Shown here in pieces: positions 27,857 to 35,980 of a stretch of 49,060 bases of DNA (position 1 is the first letter of the stretch; every line of letters begins with the position of its first letter). The translations under genes and the position numbers were made by a program. The DNA comes from an uncultured Bauldia sp. (GTDB taxonomy: Bacteria; Pseudomonadota; Alphaproteobacteria; Rhizobiales; Kaistiaceae): NCBI GenBank assembly GCA_964610725.1, contig CAZSWL010000305.1:1-49060 (forward strand), read 5' to 3'. Under the pieces are notes generated by a model. The model was not told the origin of the DNA and made no database searches. It worked only from the letters and a program-made list of their open reading frames with translations.

Positions 27857-28777
27857 TCACGCGCCGGAGGTCGGCATTATCTTGACGCCGAATTGGCACT
27901 CGATGGTCAGTGATTCGCCGCTGGCGAGCACGATCAGCCCATGGGCCCCGGGATTGGGTCCAAGGTTGTGGGCGTCGACAGTGTGGGTCACCGGCTCGAA
28001 GCAGAAGAACGGCGCATCGGCGCTCGGTGAATAGACAATGTAGTTGCCGATTGGCGCGCGCGCTTCGATATCGAGCGCCAGCGCGCGGTCGTGCCAGAAG
28101 ACGGTCGCCTGCCGGTTCCAACCGGTGAACGCGTTGTCGATCGGCGTGCCCGGCAATGCTCGCGGCGCGGTGAAATCCCAGTCGGGGCGATCCTGGACGG
28201 CTATCTCCGTGGTCGGCAGATGTTGGGCATCCTCGAGCCAGACGGTCCGCGCGGGCGCCTGCAGCCGGGTGCCAGAGGTGCGCGGGAGCCAGGGATGGAA
28301 TCCGGCACCGAACGGGAGAGGACGCTCGCCGGTGTTGACCAGCGCCATGCGGAGCGACAATCCGGTCGCCGTGAGGCGATAGTCAAGTTGTGCCCGGTAG
28401 TGAAACGGGCCCGGCCCGTCGCTCTGGCGCGCCAGGCGGAGGCTGCTCTCATCATGGCCAACCACCAGCCACGGCCGCTGCCAGGCATCGCCGTGAATCG
28501 GAAACGGCTCGCCCTCGAGATTGGGGGCAAGGGCATGAAACGAACCGCCAAACCAGAAACCGCCTTTCGAAATGCGATTGGACCATGGCGCCAAGACGTA
28601 GAGGCCGAGCTTGTTCGGGTCGGCGGTTCCGGCTTCGGGCCACGGCCGGAATATGTTGGTGACGGCAGCGCCTGTGGCGACGTCGAAGCGAGCGACACCG
28701 CCACCGACCCCCGGCAAAATCTCAGCCGTCAGCGGGTCCGCAGTCAGCCGAAGGATTTCTGGCCTACCAGTCGCCAT
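27857..28777 (-). CDS. Aldose 1-epimerase family protein
   Basis: 306 aa. IHGDAWQRPW, GFHPWL, FCFEP strings typical of the galactose-mutarotase-like fold. Confidence 0.8.
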   Translation of the reverse strand: MATGRPEILRLTADPLTAEILPGVGGGVARFDVATGAAVTNIFRPWPEAGTADPNKLGLYVLAPWSNRISKGGFWFGGSFHALAPNLEGEPFPIHGDAWQRPWLVVGHDESSLRLARQSDGPGPFHYRAQLDYRLTATGLSLRMALVNTGERPLPFGAGFHPWLPRTSGTRLQAPARTVWLEDAQHLPTTEIAVQDRPDWDFTAPRALPGTPIDNAFTGWNRQATVFWHDRALALDIEARAPIGNYIVYSPSADAPFFCFEPVTHTVDAHNLGPNPGAHGLIVLASGESLTIECQFGVKIMPTSGA

Positions 28778-28889
28778 CGATCAGAATGTTCTTTCCGCTG
28801 ATCATGTCGGATTCCGGCGCGCATGGAAACAACACAAGATCCGCCGCCGCCGAGAGAGCCGGGCCCGAGTTGACGGGGCGCGTGTTCAT
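28764..28889 (-). pseudogene. 41-codon ORF resembling the C-terminus of a short-chain dehydrogenase/reductase (probable gene remnant)
   Basis: Own translation (below the track length cut-off): MNTRPVNSGPALSAAADLVLFPCAPESDMISGKNILIDGDW*. It follows the SDR C-terminal pattern (E/D-I/L-A..V.FL.S..S..ITG..L.VDGG). Its ATG overlaps the HlyD stop (ATGA) and its TAG overlaps the epimerase start. Confidence 0.45.
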
Positions 28890-30235
28890 TTCTCGCGCCA
28901 GGCGCGATTCATGCTGTCTTTCAGCGGTTGCAGCAGATAGGCAATAGCGGTGCGCCGACCGGTCTTGATCATGGTTTCCGCCGGCATGCCAGGTTGGAGC
29001 TTGCGCTCCGCGAGACGCTGCAGCTCTTCCGCGCTGACCTTGATGTTCGCCAGGTAGTACGGCTCGGGTGAGCGCGGGTCGGAAACCGTGTCGGCCGACA
29101 CGAACGACACCTCGCCTTCAAGAATCGGCGTGGTTCGCTGCTTGAAGGCAGTGAGGCGGACCTCGGTCGCCTGTCCGACCTTCACTTCGTCTACATCCTG
29201 CGGTCTCAATTTGACCTCGACGACAAGCTGGGCGTCGTCGGGAACGATCTCCAGCAACGTTGCGCCACCGCGTACTACGCCGCCGACCGTGTGAACCTGT
29301 GAGCCGAATACGGTTCCGCTCGCCGGTGCGCGTACGACCGTGCGTTCGAGTTCGCTCTGGCTCGCAACGTATTGCTCACGAAAGTCGAGGACCTTGGTTT
29401 GTATCTCTTTTAGGTCGCTCAAGACCTCCGTCGTATTTTTCCGGTGCATTTGGTCGAGGCTGAGCTGGGTCTCGCCGACTTCCTTGCCGGCGCTTGCAAT
29501 CTGCGCGTCGAGGTGCCCGATGTCGCCTTCAAGCTGATAGACTTCGCGCTTGGCCGCCAGCACGCGATTGCGCGTCGTGTATTGCTTCGCAAACAACCCT
29601 TCGAGCGTCTGCTGCTCGGTCTTTGCCATGTCGAGCTGCTGGATGCTGGCCCGGCGCTCCACTTGCAGACCGTTGATCTGATCCTTCAGCTGTCCGATGC
29701 GGCTCTCGAGAATCTTCGTCTGGCCGCCGATCTCATCGCGGCGCGCCGCGAAGAGTTGCCGCTGGCTTGCGACAATAGCTTCCACCGCAGGATTGCGCAC
29801 GGTCTCCGCAACAAGCTCGGGCGGGAGTTTCGGTTCATCTGCCCCGTCACGTTCCGCGAGCAGGCGCGCCTCAACCGCAAGAGCAGCGAAATAACCCGTG
29901 CGCGCAACGGCAAGGCGCGCAGCGGGTTCAACCGTATCGAACTCGACAAGGATATCGTCCCTGTTGACATGATCCCCGTCTTTGACCGCGAACATCTTGA
30001 CGATGCCGCCATCCAGGTGCTGCACCAGCTTGCGCTTGCCGGCGAGCGAAATTGTTCCATGCGCGACGACCGCGCTGTCGAGCGGCGCGGTCGTTGCCCA
30101 AGTGCCAAAACCGCCAACAGCGATCAGGAGCGCCAATACCCCGAGCAGCCTGGGAGCGCGCAAGGCGGTCGGTGCCTGGGCGGTCGGCAAGGGGCGATCG
30201 AAGTCGACATCGCCCAAATCAGGCATAGCGTGCAT
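28886..30235 (-). CDS. Type I secretion periplasmic adaptor (HlyD/PrtE-family membrane fusion protein)
   Basis: 449 aa. N-terminal TM (LLGVLALLIAVGGFGTW), long coiled-coil middle, C-terminus PGMPAETMIKTGRRTAIAYLLQPLKDSMNRAWRE. Confidence 0.9.
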   Translation of the reverse strand: MHAMPDLGDVDFDRPLPTAQAPTALRAPRLLGVLALLIAVGGFGTWATTAPLDSAVVAHGTISLAGKRKLVQHLDGGIVKMFAVKDGDHVNRDDILVEFDTVEPAARLAVARTGYFAALAVEARLLAERDGADEPKLPPELVAETVRNPAVEAIVASQRQLFAARRDEIGGQTKILESRIGQLKDQINGLQVERRASIQQLDMAKTEQQTLEGLFAKQYTTRNRVLAAKREVYQLEGDIGHLDAQIASAGKEVGETQLSLDQMHRKNTTEVLSDLKEIQTKVLDFREQYVASQSELERTVVRAPASGTVFGSQVHTVGGVVRGGATLLEIVPDDAQLVVEVKLRPQDVDEVKVGQATEVRLTAFKQRTTPILEGEVSFVSADTVSDPRSPEPYYLANIKVSAEELQRLAERKLQPGMPAETMIKTGRRTAIAYLLQPLKDSMNRAWREK

Positions 30236-32000
30236 GGCGGGCCTCTCGGTAGGAACGCACCTTGGCGGCGGCCGGTGTCTGCGGCGTGCCGCCCGGCACC
30301 GGCTTCATCCGCTTGACCTCGGCGAAGACGTCGTCACGCGGCCCGTACAGTCGGACGCGGCCGCCAGCAAGCACGAGAACCTTGTCGACGACGCTCAACA
30401 GGGAGGGCTTGTGCGAGATGACGACGACCGTCCGCCGCTCCTGCTTCAATCTGGCGAGGGTTTCGCGCAGCGCGTTCTCACCTTCCTGATCGAGATTGGC
30501 ATTGGGCTCGTCCAGGACGATGAGACGGGCGTTGCCGTAAACCGCCCGCGCGAGGGCTATGCGCTGCCGCTGGCCGCCGGAGAGCATGCGCCCGGCGTCG
30601 CCGATGCGCGTGTCGTAGCCCTCCGGCAGCCCGAGGATCATGTCGTGGGCACCGGCGAGCTTGGCGGCGGCGACGATCTGTTCCGAATCGTGGGTTCCGA
30701 AGCGGGCAATATTGGCGGCAACCGTGCCGCTCAACAGTTCGACATCCTGCGGCAGATAGCCAATATACTGTCCGAGCTGCTCACGCGGCCAATCGGCAAT
30801 GTCGGCGCCGTCAAGCCGGATGCTGCCGTAGGTTGGCTCGCGAAGGCCCACCAGAAGCCGGGCAAAAGTCGATTTGCCGGCGCCGCTGGACCCGGTCATA
30901 CCCAGCGTTTCTCCGGCCTCGAGATCGAAGGAAATATTCGACAGGACCGGCTCCGCCGCGCCCTGGAACCGCATGCTGACCTGGCCGGCGACCAAGCGGC
31001 CACCGGGAGCAGGCAACGACGTGCGAACACGCTGGTCATCGTCGGCCAGTGCAAGCGCGGAGCGCAGGCGCTGACGCGCCTGCCGCGCGGTGACGATGGA
31101 GCGCCACTGGCCTATCAGCATCTCGACGGGGGCGAGGGCGCGACCCATGATGATGGAGCCCGCGACCATCGAGCCGGGCGAGAGCTGGTGGTCGAGCGCC
31201 AGCCATGCACCGACGCCGAGCATGGCGATCTGAAGGGACATGCGCACGAACTTGGCGATCGCCTGAAGGATGGCGATGCGATCGCTGGCAACCGCTTGCC
31301 AGGCGACGCCGTAGTGCTGGAACCGCGACCACCTCTCGGTCAGCGCACCCAGCATTCCCATGGCATGAACGACCTCGGCATTGCGGCCGACAAGCTCGGT
31401 GAAGTCGTTTGAGCCGCGCGAACCGCTGCCGGCTTCGGAGAGTGCGGACCGCACGGCGACTTCGCTGGCAATGGCAAGGGCGGCGATGACGATGGCGCCT
31501 GTCACCGCCACCGAGCCGAGCAGCGGATGCAGGAGGAAGATGACGCTGAGGTAGATCGGGGTCCACGGTGCGTCGAAAAGCGCGATGATCCCGCTGCCGG
31601 TGAGGAAAGTCCGCACCGTTTCCAAGTTCCGCAGCGGTTCGCTCAGGGAGCGGTCGCTGCCCTTGAGCCGCGCGCTGAACGACGAGGCGAAGACGGCCGG
31701 GCTCAGCTCCGCGTTCAACCTGGCGCCGATCCGCACCAGAAGACGCGAGCGCGCGACTTCGACGATCGCGTTGATGGCAAGCAGGCTGACCGCGAGCAAG
31801 GTGAGCATGACCAGCGTGTCCTGGCTGTAGGAGGTCAGAACGCGGTCATAGACCTGGAGCATGTACAGGGGGCCGATCAGCATCGCCAGGTTGGTGAACA
31901 GGCTGAAAAGCCCGACGAAAACGAAGGCTCCCCTGAGCGACCTGAGAACGCGCGAGAGTCTGTCCTTCGTTGACCGATTCCGTTCGCCCGCCATTTGCAT
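30219..32000 (-). CDS. Type I secretion ABC transporter, permease/ATPase (PrtD/AprD type, no C39 peptidase domain)
   Basis: Start ATG 32000 or 31994. LFTNLAMLIGPLYMLQVYDRVL, Walker A GSSGAGKST, LSGGQRQRIALARA, LIVLDEP. About 593 aa. Overlaps hlyD by 17 nt. Confidence 0.9.
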   Translation of the reverse strand: MQMAGERNRSTKDRLSRVLRSLRGAFVFVGLFSLFTNLAMLIGPLYMLQVYDRVLTSYSQDTLVMLTLLAVSLLAINAIVEVARSRLLVRIGARLNAELSPAVFASSFSARLKGSDRSLSEPLRNLETVRTFLTGSGIIALFDAPWTPIYLSVIFLLHPLLGSVAVTGAIVIAALAIASEVAVRSALSEAGSGSRGSNDFTELVGRNAEVVHAMGMLGALTERWSRFQHYGVAWQAVASDRIAILQAIAKFVRMSLQIAMLGVGAWLALDHQLSPGSMVAGSIIMGRALAPVEMLIGQWRSIVTARQARQRLRSALALADDDQRVRTSLPAPGGRLVAGQVSMRFQGAAEPVLSNISFDLEAGETLGMTGSSGAGKSTFARLLVGLREPTYGSIRLDGADIADWPREQLGQYIGYLPQDVELLSGTVAANIARFGTHDSEQIVAAAKLAGAHDMILGLPEGYDTRIGDAGRMLSGGQRQRIALARAVYGNARLIVLDEPNANLDQEGENALRETLARLKQERRTVVVISHKPSLLSVVDKVLVLAGGRVRLYGPRDDVFAEVKRMKPVPGGTPQTPAAAKVRSYREARHARYA

Positions 32001-32154
32001 GCACGAAACTCCAACGCGACCTTTGGACCAGACACCTGCAGCAGCTGCAGGATTCCTTGCGGCTCCAGGCGGCGGAGACCTCAGGTGGATGGCGTCGCCG
32101 CCGATCGGCGACACCATCCTTGCCGCCCGTCAGCGCGAGCGGGCACAGCCCCGC

Positions 32155-34458
32155 CTAGGCAATGCCGTAGTCGTGGTGATGATCGTGGATGAAGTCCTTG
32201 CTCGACAGCTGGCCGAGCTTGACGCCGACGAGCTCAACGGTGTCGTGGTTGTCGAGTGTGATGGTGACGCCATCGGAGGTGTTGTGGACGGCCCTCCTGA
32301 CATCCCGCCAGCTATCGATGCCGTAGGCGGTGAGGTCGAGCTTGTCGTTCTTGACGTCGAAGTCCTTGACCACGTCGTAGCCGGAATTGCAGCCGAAGAC
32401 GAAGATGTCCTTGCCCTCGCCGCCCCACAAGTAGTCATTGCCCTCGCCGCCGTTGAGCACGTCATTGCCCTGGCCGCCATAGAGGTCGTCGCTGTCGCCG
32501 TAGGTCGTCATCCAGTCGTTGCCATCGCTGCCAATGGCGAGCTCCTTGGTGTCGCCCGCGCTGCCGACCGTGCCCAGAGCAATGCTGGTGCGCGTATGGG
32601 CGGCGAAGGCGTCGTGGTAGACGTAGTCGATACCGGTGTCGCGCTGGAGAATGTCGGCGAACGATGTGGCGTCGATCTGGGCGATGAGCTGCGGGTCGTC
32701 GGCGAGCCGCGTCGTATAGAACAAGTTGTCGTCGTTCTTCAGGGAGTCGAACTGGAGGGTGGTGAGGAGCGTGAAGGTCTCGCCGAGCTGACTGTCGCAG
32801 TAATGCTGCTCGAGCAGACCGCCGACGATCGAATCGAGATTGGCGATGTCGGTCTCAGCGGAACCGTAAGCTGATTTCAACCCATCCAATACCGCGTCGC
32901 TGAGATCATTGGCGGTCTGGAATTCGTCCCAGGTGTCGTAGGTTTGCAGGCCGAGGCCGTCACGCAGATCGTTGTAGTTCCACACACCGTGATCGCGGCC
33001 GCGCTGGATGTCGAAGGCTTCCAGATCCAACGTGTTTATGCCGAGCGCGAATTCGCGGTTGCCATCGGCGACCTTGCCGTCGAGCTCTTGGGTTATCTGA
33101 GAAGTGAGACCGCGGATCCAGGCATCGATATCGGCGGCACTGCGACCGTCCGGCGTACCATCGCTGGGCGTCAGCGTGTCAAGCCCAGCAAGCGTAAAGG
33201 CCTCTTCCAAAGTCACGTTGAAGCTGTTCGAGCCGTCCTCGTTGAGGCCGACATAGTCGTTGCTCGATTGATCGTGGCCGAAACGGAACGCCACGGTCGT
33301 CCACTCGTTGATGATCTGCCCGGTGGTGTCGACCGTATGGCTCGGGTCGGCGTAGTAGGCGGCAAGAAGCGCGTCCGCGTGCGTGCCCGTCAGCTTGGGC
33401 AGGTATTCGTCATAGATGACATGCTGCCATTCCGCTTCGGTAATGGCGCGCGCCGCCTCGAACAACTGATCCTGCGTCCAGCCGTGCTGCTCGGCGTAAG
33501 GCGTGAGCTGGTCGACCTGGTAGTTGTGCTCGCGCGCCCAGATTGTTTGCAGCGCGGTCAGAGGCGGCTGCTGGTCAACGCGGTTGTCGCCTGCGATAAA
33601 CGAATCGGAGCTGAGAGGAGCAATGAAGCCTTGAGGAAAGAACGCATCTCTGACATCCGCCTCGGTCGTGCCTGAGTCGGCTGCGACCTGCGCCAAAGTG
33701 GGAAGCATGCCGTCCGGAAGAAGCAGTTTCGCCGACTGGATGGTATTGCCCCATTGGTCGACCGTGTCGGCGCGAAGCAGATTCTCCATCGTCTGGGAGT
33801 CACCGTACACGTTGCCGAGATCGAGGAACGAAGTCTCCTCGTTGATCTGCTGGCGGACGCCTCCGGAGTCGGTTTCATACCCTGTGCGCGCGAATGGGAA
33901 CGGCAGCCCACCCATCAGAAGAAGCGGATCGGTAACTGCCGAATCCGTCGATGCTTCCGCCACGTCGTGGGTGACGATCTGGCCGAAGAAATCGAACCAC
34001 TCGTTGACGCCGAACGAGCTCGGATGATCCTGATCGCCGGGAAGGAGGTCCATGACGTCAGTGGAAATGGTTTCTGCCTGCGGTAGACCAACCGGATCAC
34101 TGACCGCAACGAAGGTCGCGGTCGGAGGGGTGGTCGTAACATCGAGTTCGGTAGTGCCGGCAGGCGTCGCCATCGCGCCGACGGCGTCGGTATAGCTGTT
34201 GAGCGTGATCCGCAGGAACGTGTCGCCGGCAAAGCCATGGTCGTTGGCGTCGTTGCCGTCGCCATCGTTGTTGTGGCCGTCGGGCTCGCGGGGAGTGAGG
34301 TCGCCGAGCGCGTGGTAGATGTCGGCAGACTTCGAGCCGCCCCTGTGGTGAGAATGGGGCCCGCCGAGGCCGGTTGTTCCGGGATTGTGTGGGCCGGGTC
34401 TGCCAAGGCCAAGTCCACCGAGAATAGAATGATTACCGGATGACAGCTTCGGTTTCAT
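32155..34458 (-). CDS. Secreted animal-haem-peroxidase family protein with C-terminal RTX Ca-binding repeats (peroxicin type); likely T1SS substrate
   Basis: Start ATG 34458 (MKPKLSS). Peroxidase motifs FFGQIVTHDV (distal His), FDIQRGRDHGVWNYNDLR (Arg) and VAFRFGHDQ (proximal His). C-terminal GGxGxD nonapeptides. No N-terminal signal peptide. Confidence 0.85.
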   Translation of the reverse strand: MKPKLSSGNHSILGGLGLGRPGPHNPGTTGLGGPHSHHRGGSKSADIYHALGDLTPREPDGHNNDGDGNDANDHGFAGDTFLRITLNSYTDAVGAMATPAGTTELDVTTTPPTATFVAVSDPVGLPQAETISTDVMDLLPGDQDHPSSFGVNEWFDFFGQIVTHDVAEASTDSAVTDPLLLMGGLPFPFARTGYETDSGGVRQQINEETSFLDLGNVYGDSQTMENLLRADTVDQWGNTIQSAKLLLPDGMLPTLAQVAADSGTTEADVRDAFFPQGFIAPLSSDSFIAGDNRVDQQPPLTALQTIWAREHNYQVDQLTPYAEQHGWTQDQLFEAARAITEAEWQHVIYDEYLPKLTGTHADALLAAYYADPSHTVDTTGQIINEWTTVAFRFGHDQSSNDYVGLNEDGSNSFNVTLEEAFTLAGLDTLTPSDGTPDGRSAADIDAWIRGLTSQITQELDGKVADGNREFALGINTLDLEAFDIQRGRDHGVWNYNDLRDGLGLQTYDTWDEFQTANDLSDAVLDGLKSAYGSAETDIANLDSIVGGLLEQHYCDSQLGETFTLLTTLQFDSLKNDDNLFYTTRLADDPQLIAQIDATSFADILQRDTGIDYVYHDAFAAHTRTSIALGTVGSAGDTKELAIGSDGNDWMTTYGDSDDLYGGQGNDVLNGGEGNDYLWGGEGKDIFVFGCNSGYDVVKDFDVKNDKLDLTAYGIDSWRDVRRAVHNTSDGVTITLDNHDTVELVGVKLGQLSSKDFIHDHHHDYGIA
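32395..32532 (-). repeat. RTX nonapeptide block (about five GGxGxDxUx repeats) inside the peroxidase gene
   Basis: GSDGNDWMT TYGDSDDLY GGQGNDVLN GGEGNDYLW GGEGKDIFV, followed by a 79-aa C-terminal tail (DKLDLTAYGI...), as in T1SS substrates. Confidence 0.8.
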
Positions 34459-35010
34459 GGTGCACCCCAGTCGCCGTGTTGGTGTAAAGTTGCCCTTCGA
34501 TGAAAGCGCGCTGCTCGCTTGTCGCTTGCCGAGCTCAGATTCCCGCCTCAACTCGATCGTTTTTGATTCATAACCGCTTCGATTTCGATAGTGGGGGACT
34601 AGCTATTGTTAAGGCTAACGACCGCGGCGAGTGGCTGAGATCAGGGCGACGGGATTGGCAGGCCCAGCGGTCAAGCGACGGTCAACGATGGTCCGCGCGA
34701 TCGGCGAGAAGGCCATGAACCGCCACACAACACCCAAGACGTCGCAAGATCGCGGTGCCGAGCCGCGCGAACCCGATGAAAGTGAAGTCGATGACCGCAA
34801 GGTCTTGGCCGCGCTTGACGCGCGGGTTGCAGCGGCCGGGTCGGGGGCGAATACTGCCGCGCGGGTCGACCGACGAGGGCCTGCGGCGGATGAAGGCTTT
34901 CGGCTGAGGCGGGCTTCAACCGGGCAGCATGGGCAACGAGCGCAAGCGGTTCAGCGGCGCTGGCGGCTGCCCGAATAAACGTCAATCGGCGTTCTGCCTT
35001 GCTCGGCCGA

Positions 35011-35979
35011 TCACGTCGGCGCAATTTCGTCGCGGTTGACGATGAGCTCCGGGTTGAGGCTGGCGTTGAAGAAATCCAGGATGTTTTGGGCGGCGACCGT
35101 CGCCATGCGCTCGGCTCCGCCGACCGTCAGGCCGGCGTTGTGCGGTGAAACGACCGTGCGTTGTGATGCGAGCAACGGATTGTCAGGTGCCGGCGGCTCG
35201 ATTTCGAACACATCGATCCCGGCTCCGGCGATCCGTCCGGCGCTCAGCGCGTCGGCCAGCGCCGCCTCGTCAATCAAGCCACCGCGGGCCGTATTGACGA
35301 CAATGGCGGTCGGTTTCATGCCGGCAAGGCGTCTCTCGTCGAGCAGATAGGCGTCCTGGGCGCCGGGCACATGCAGCGAGACGACGTCGGCCTGTGCCAG
35401 CGCCCCGTCGAGACCGTCCACCGGTTCGGCCCCGCCGCGGAGGATGGCGTCGGCACTCAGGTACGGGTCGTATGCCGTTACCTGCATCTCGAAACAGGCG
35501 GCCAGCCGCGCCAGCCGACGGCCGATGCGCCCGAACCCGACGACAAGCAACGTCTTGCCCCGGATCTCGACCGCATCGAAACTGTTGCGATAGCCCCATT
35601 CGCCGGCGCGCGTTTTGCGGTCGAACAGTGCAGCCTGGCGGGCCGTCGCCAGGATAAGCATCATTGCGTGTTCGGCGACGGCGGTGGAGGTGACGTCACC
35701 GACAACAGTCAGCGGTATCTTGCGTGCGTTGAGGGCCGCAACATCCACCGCGTCATAGCCGACGCCGTGACGCGACACGATTTTGAGATTCGGCGCCTTG
35801 GCGATGGTCTCCGCCGAAAGAGGTTGCGTGCGGATCAGCAACGCGTCGGCAGTGGGCATGAAGGGGGCGTAGGAGGCGACCGACACGTCCTCGACGATGT
35901 CGAGCTGAATGCCCGGTGCGTTCTTCAACAGGGCCAAACCGCGGGGGTGAATCCTGCCGGCGACCACCACCCGGGGCAT
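35011..35979 (-). CDS. D-isomer-specific 2-hydroxyacid dehydrogenase (SerA/GhrB-like)
   Basis: Start ATG 35979 (MPRVVVAGRI), 1 nt after the aldolase stop. NAD site LLVVGFGRIGRRLA, VNTARGGLIDE, catalytic-His region SPHNAG. Confidence 0.85.
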   Translation of the reverse strand: MPRVVVAGRIHPRGLALLKNAPGIQLDIVEDVSVASYAPFMPTADALLIRTQPLSAETIAKAPNLKIVSRHGVGYDAVDVAALNARKIPLTVVGDVTSTAVAEHAMMLILATARQAALFDRKTRAGEWGYRNSFDAVEIRGKTLLVVGFGRIGRRLARLAACFEMQVTAYDPYLSADAILRGGAEPVDGLDGALAQADVVSLHVPGAQDAYLLDERRLAGMKPTAIVVNTARGGLIDEAALADALSAGRIAGAGIDVFEIEPPAPDNPLLASQRTVVSPHNAGLTVGGAERMATVAAQNILDFFNASLNPELIVNRDEIAPT

Positions 35980-35980
35980 G

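Noticed and set aside
34631-34978. 115-aa plus-strand ORF in the spacer upstream of the peroxidase gene.
   Set aside because: No recognisable domain, Arg/Ala-rich composition, no clear Shine-Dalgarno, and an equally open antisense frame. Kept only as a note inside the finding on 34459-35010.
28886-35010. Calling the T1SS-peroxidase cassette a mobile element or genomic island.
   Set aside because: I could see no integrase, transposase, tRNA target or flanking direct or inverted repeats. The only evidence is the SDR remnant and an uncomputed impression of lower GC, so it is reported as a finding and not as a mobile_element feature.
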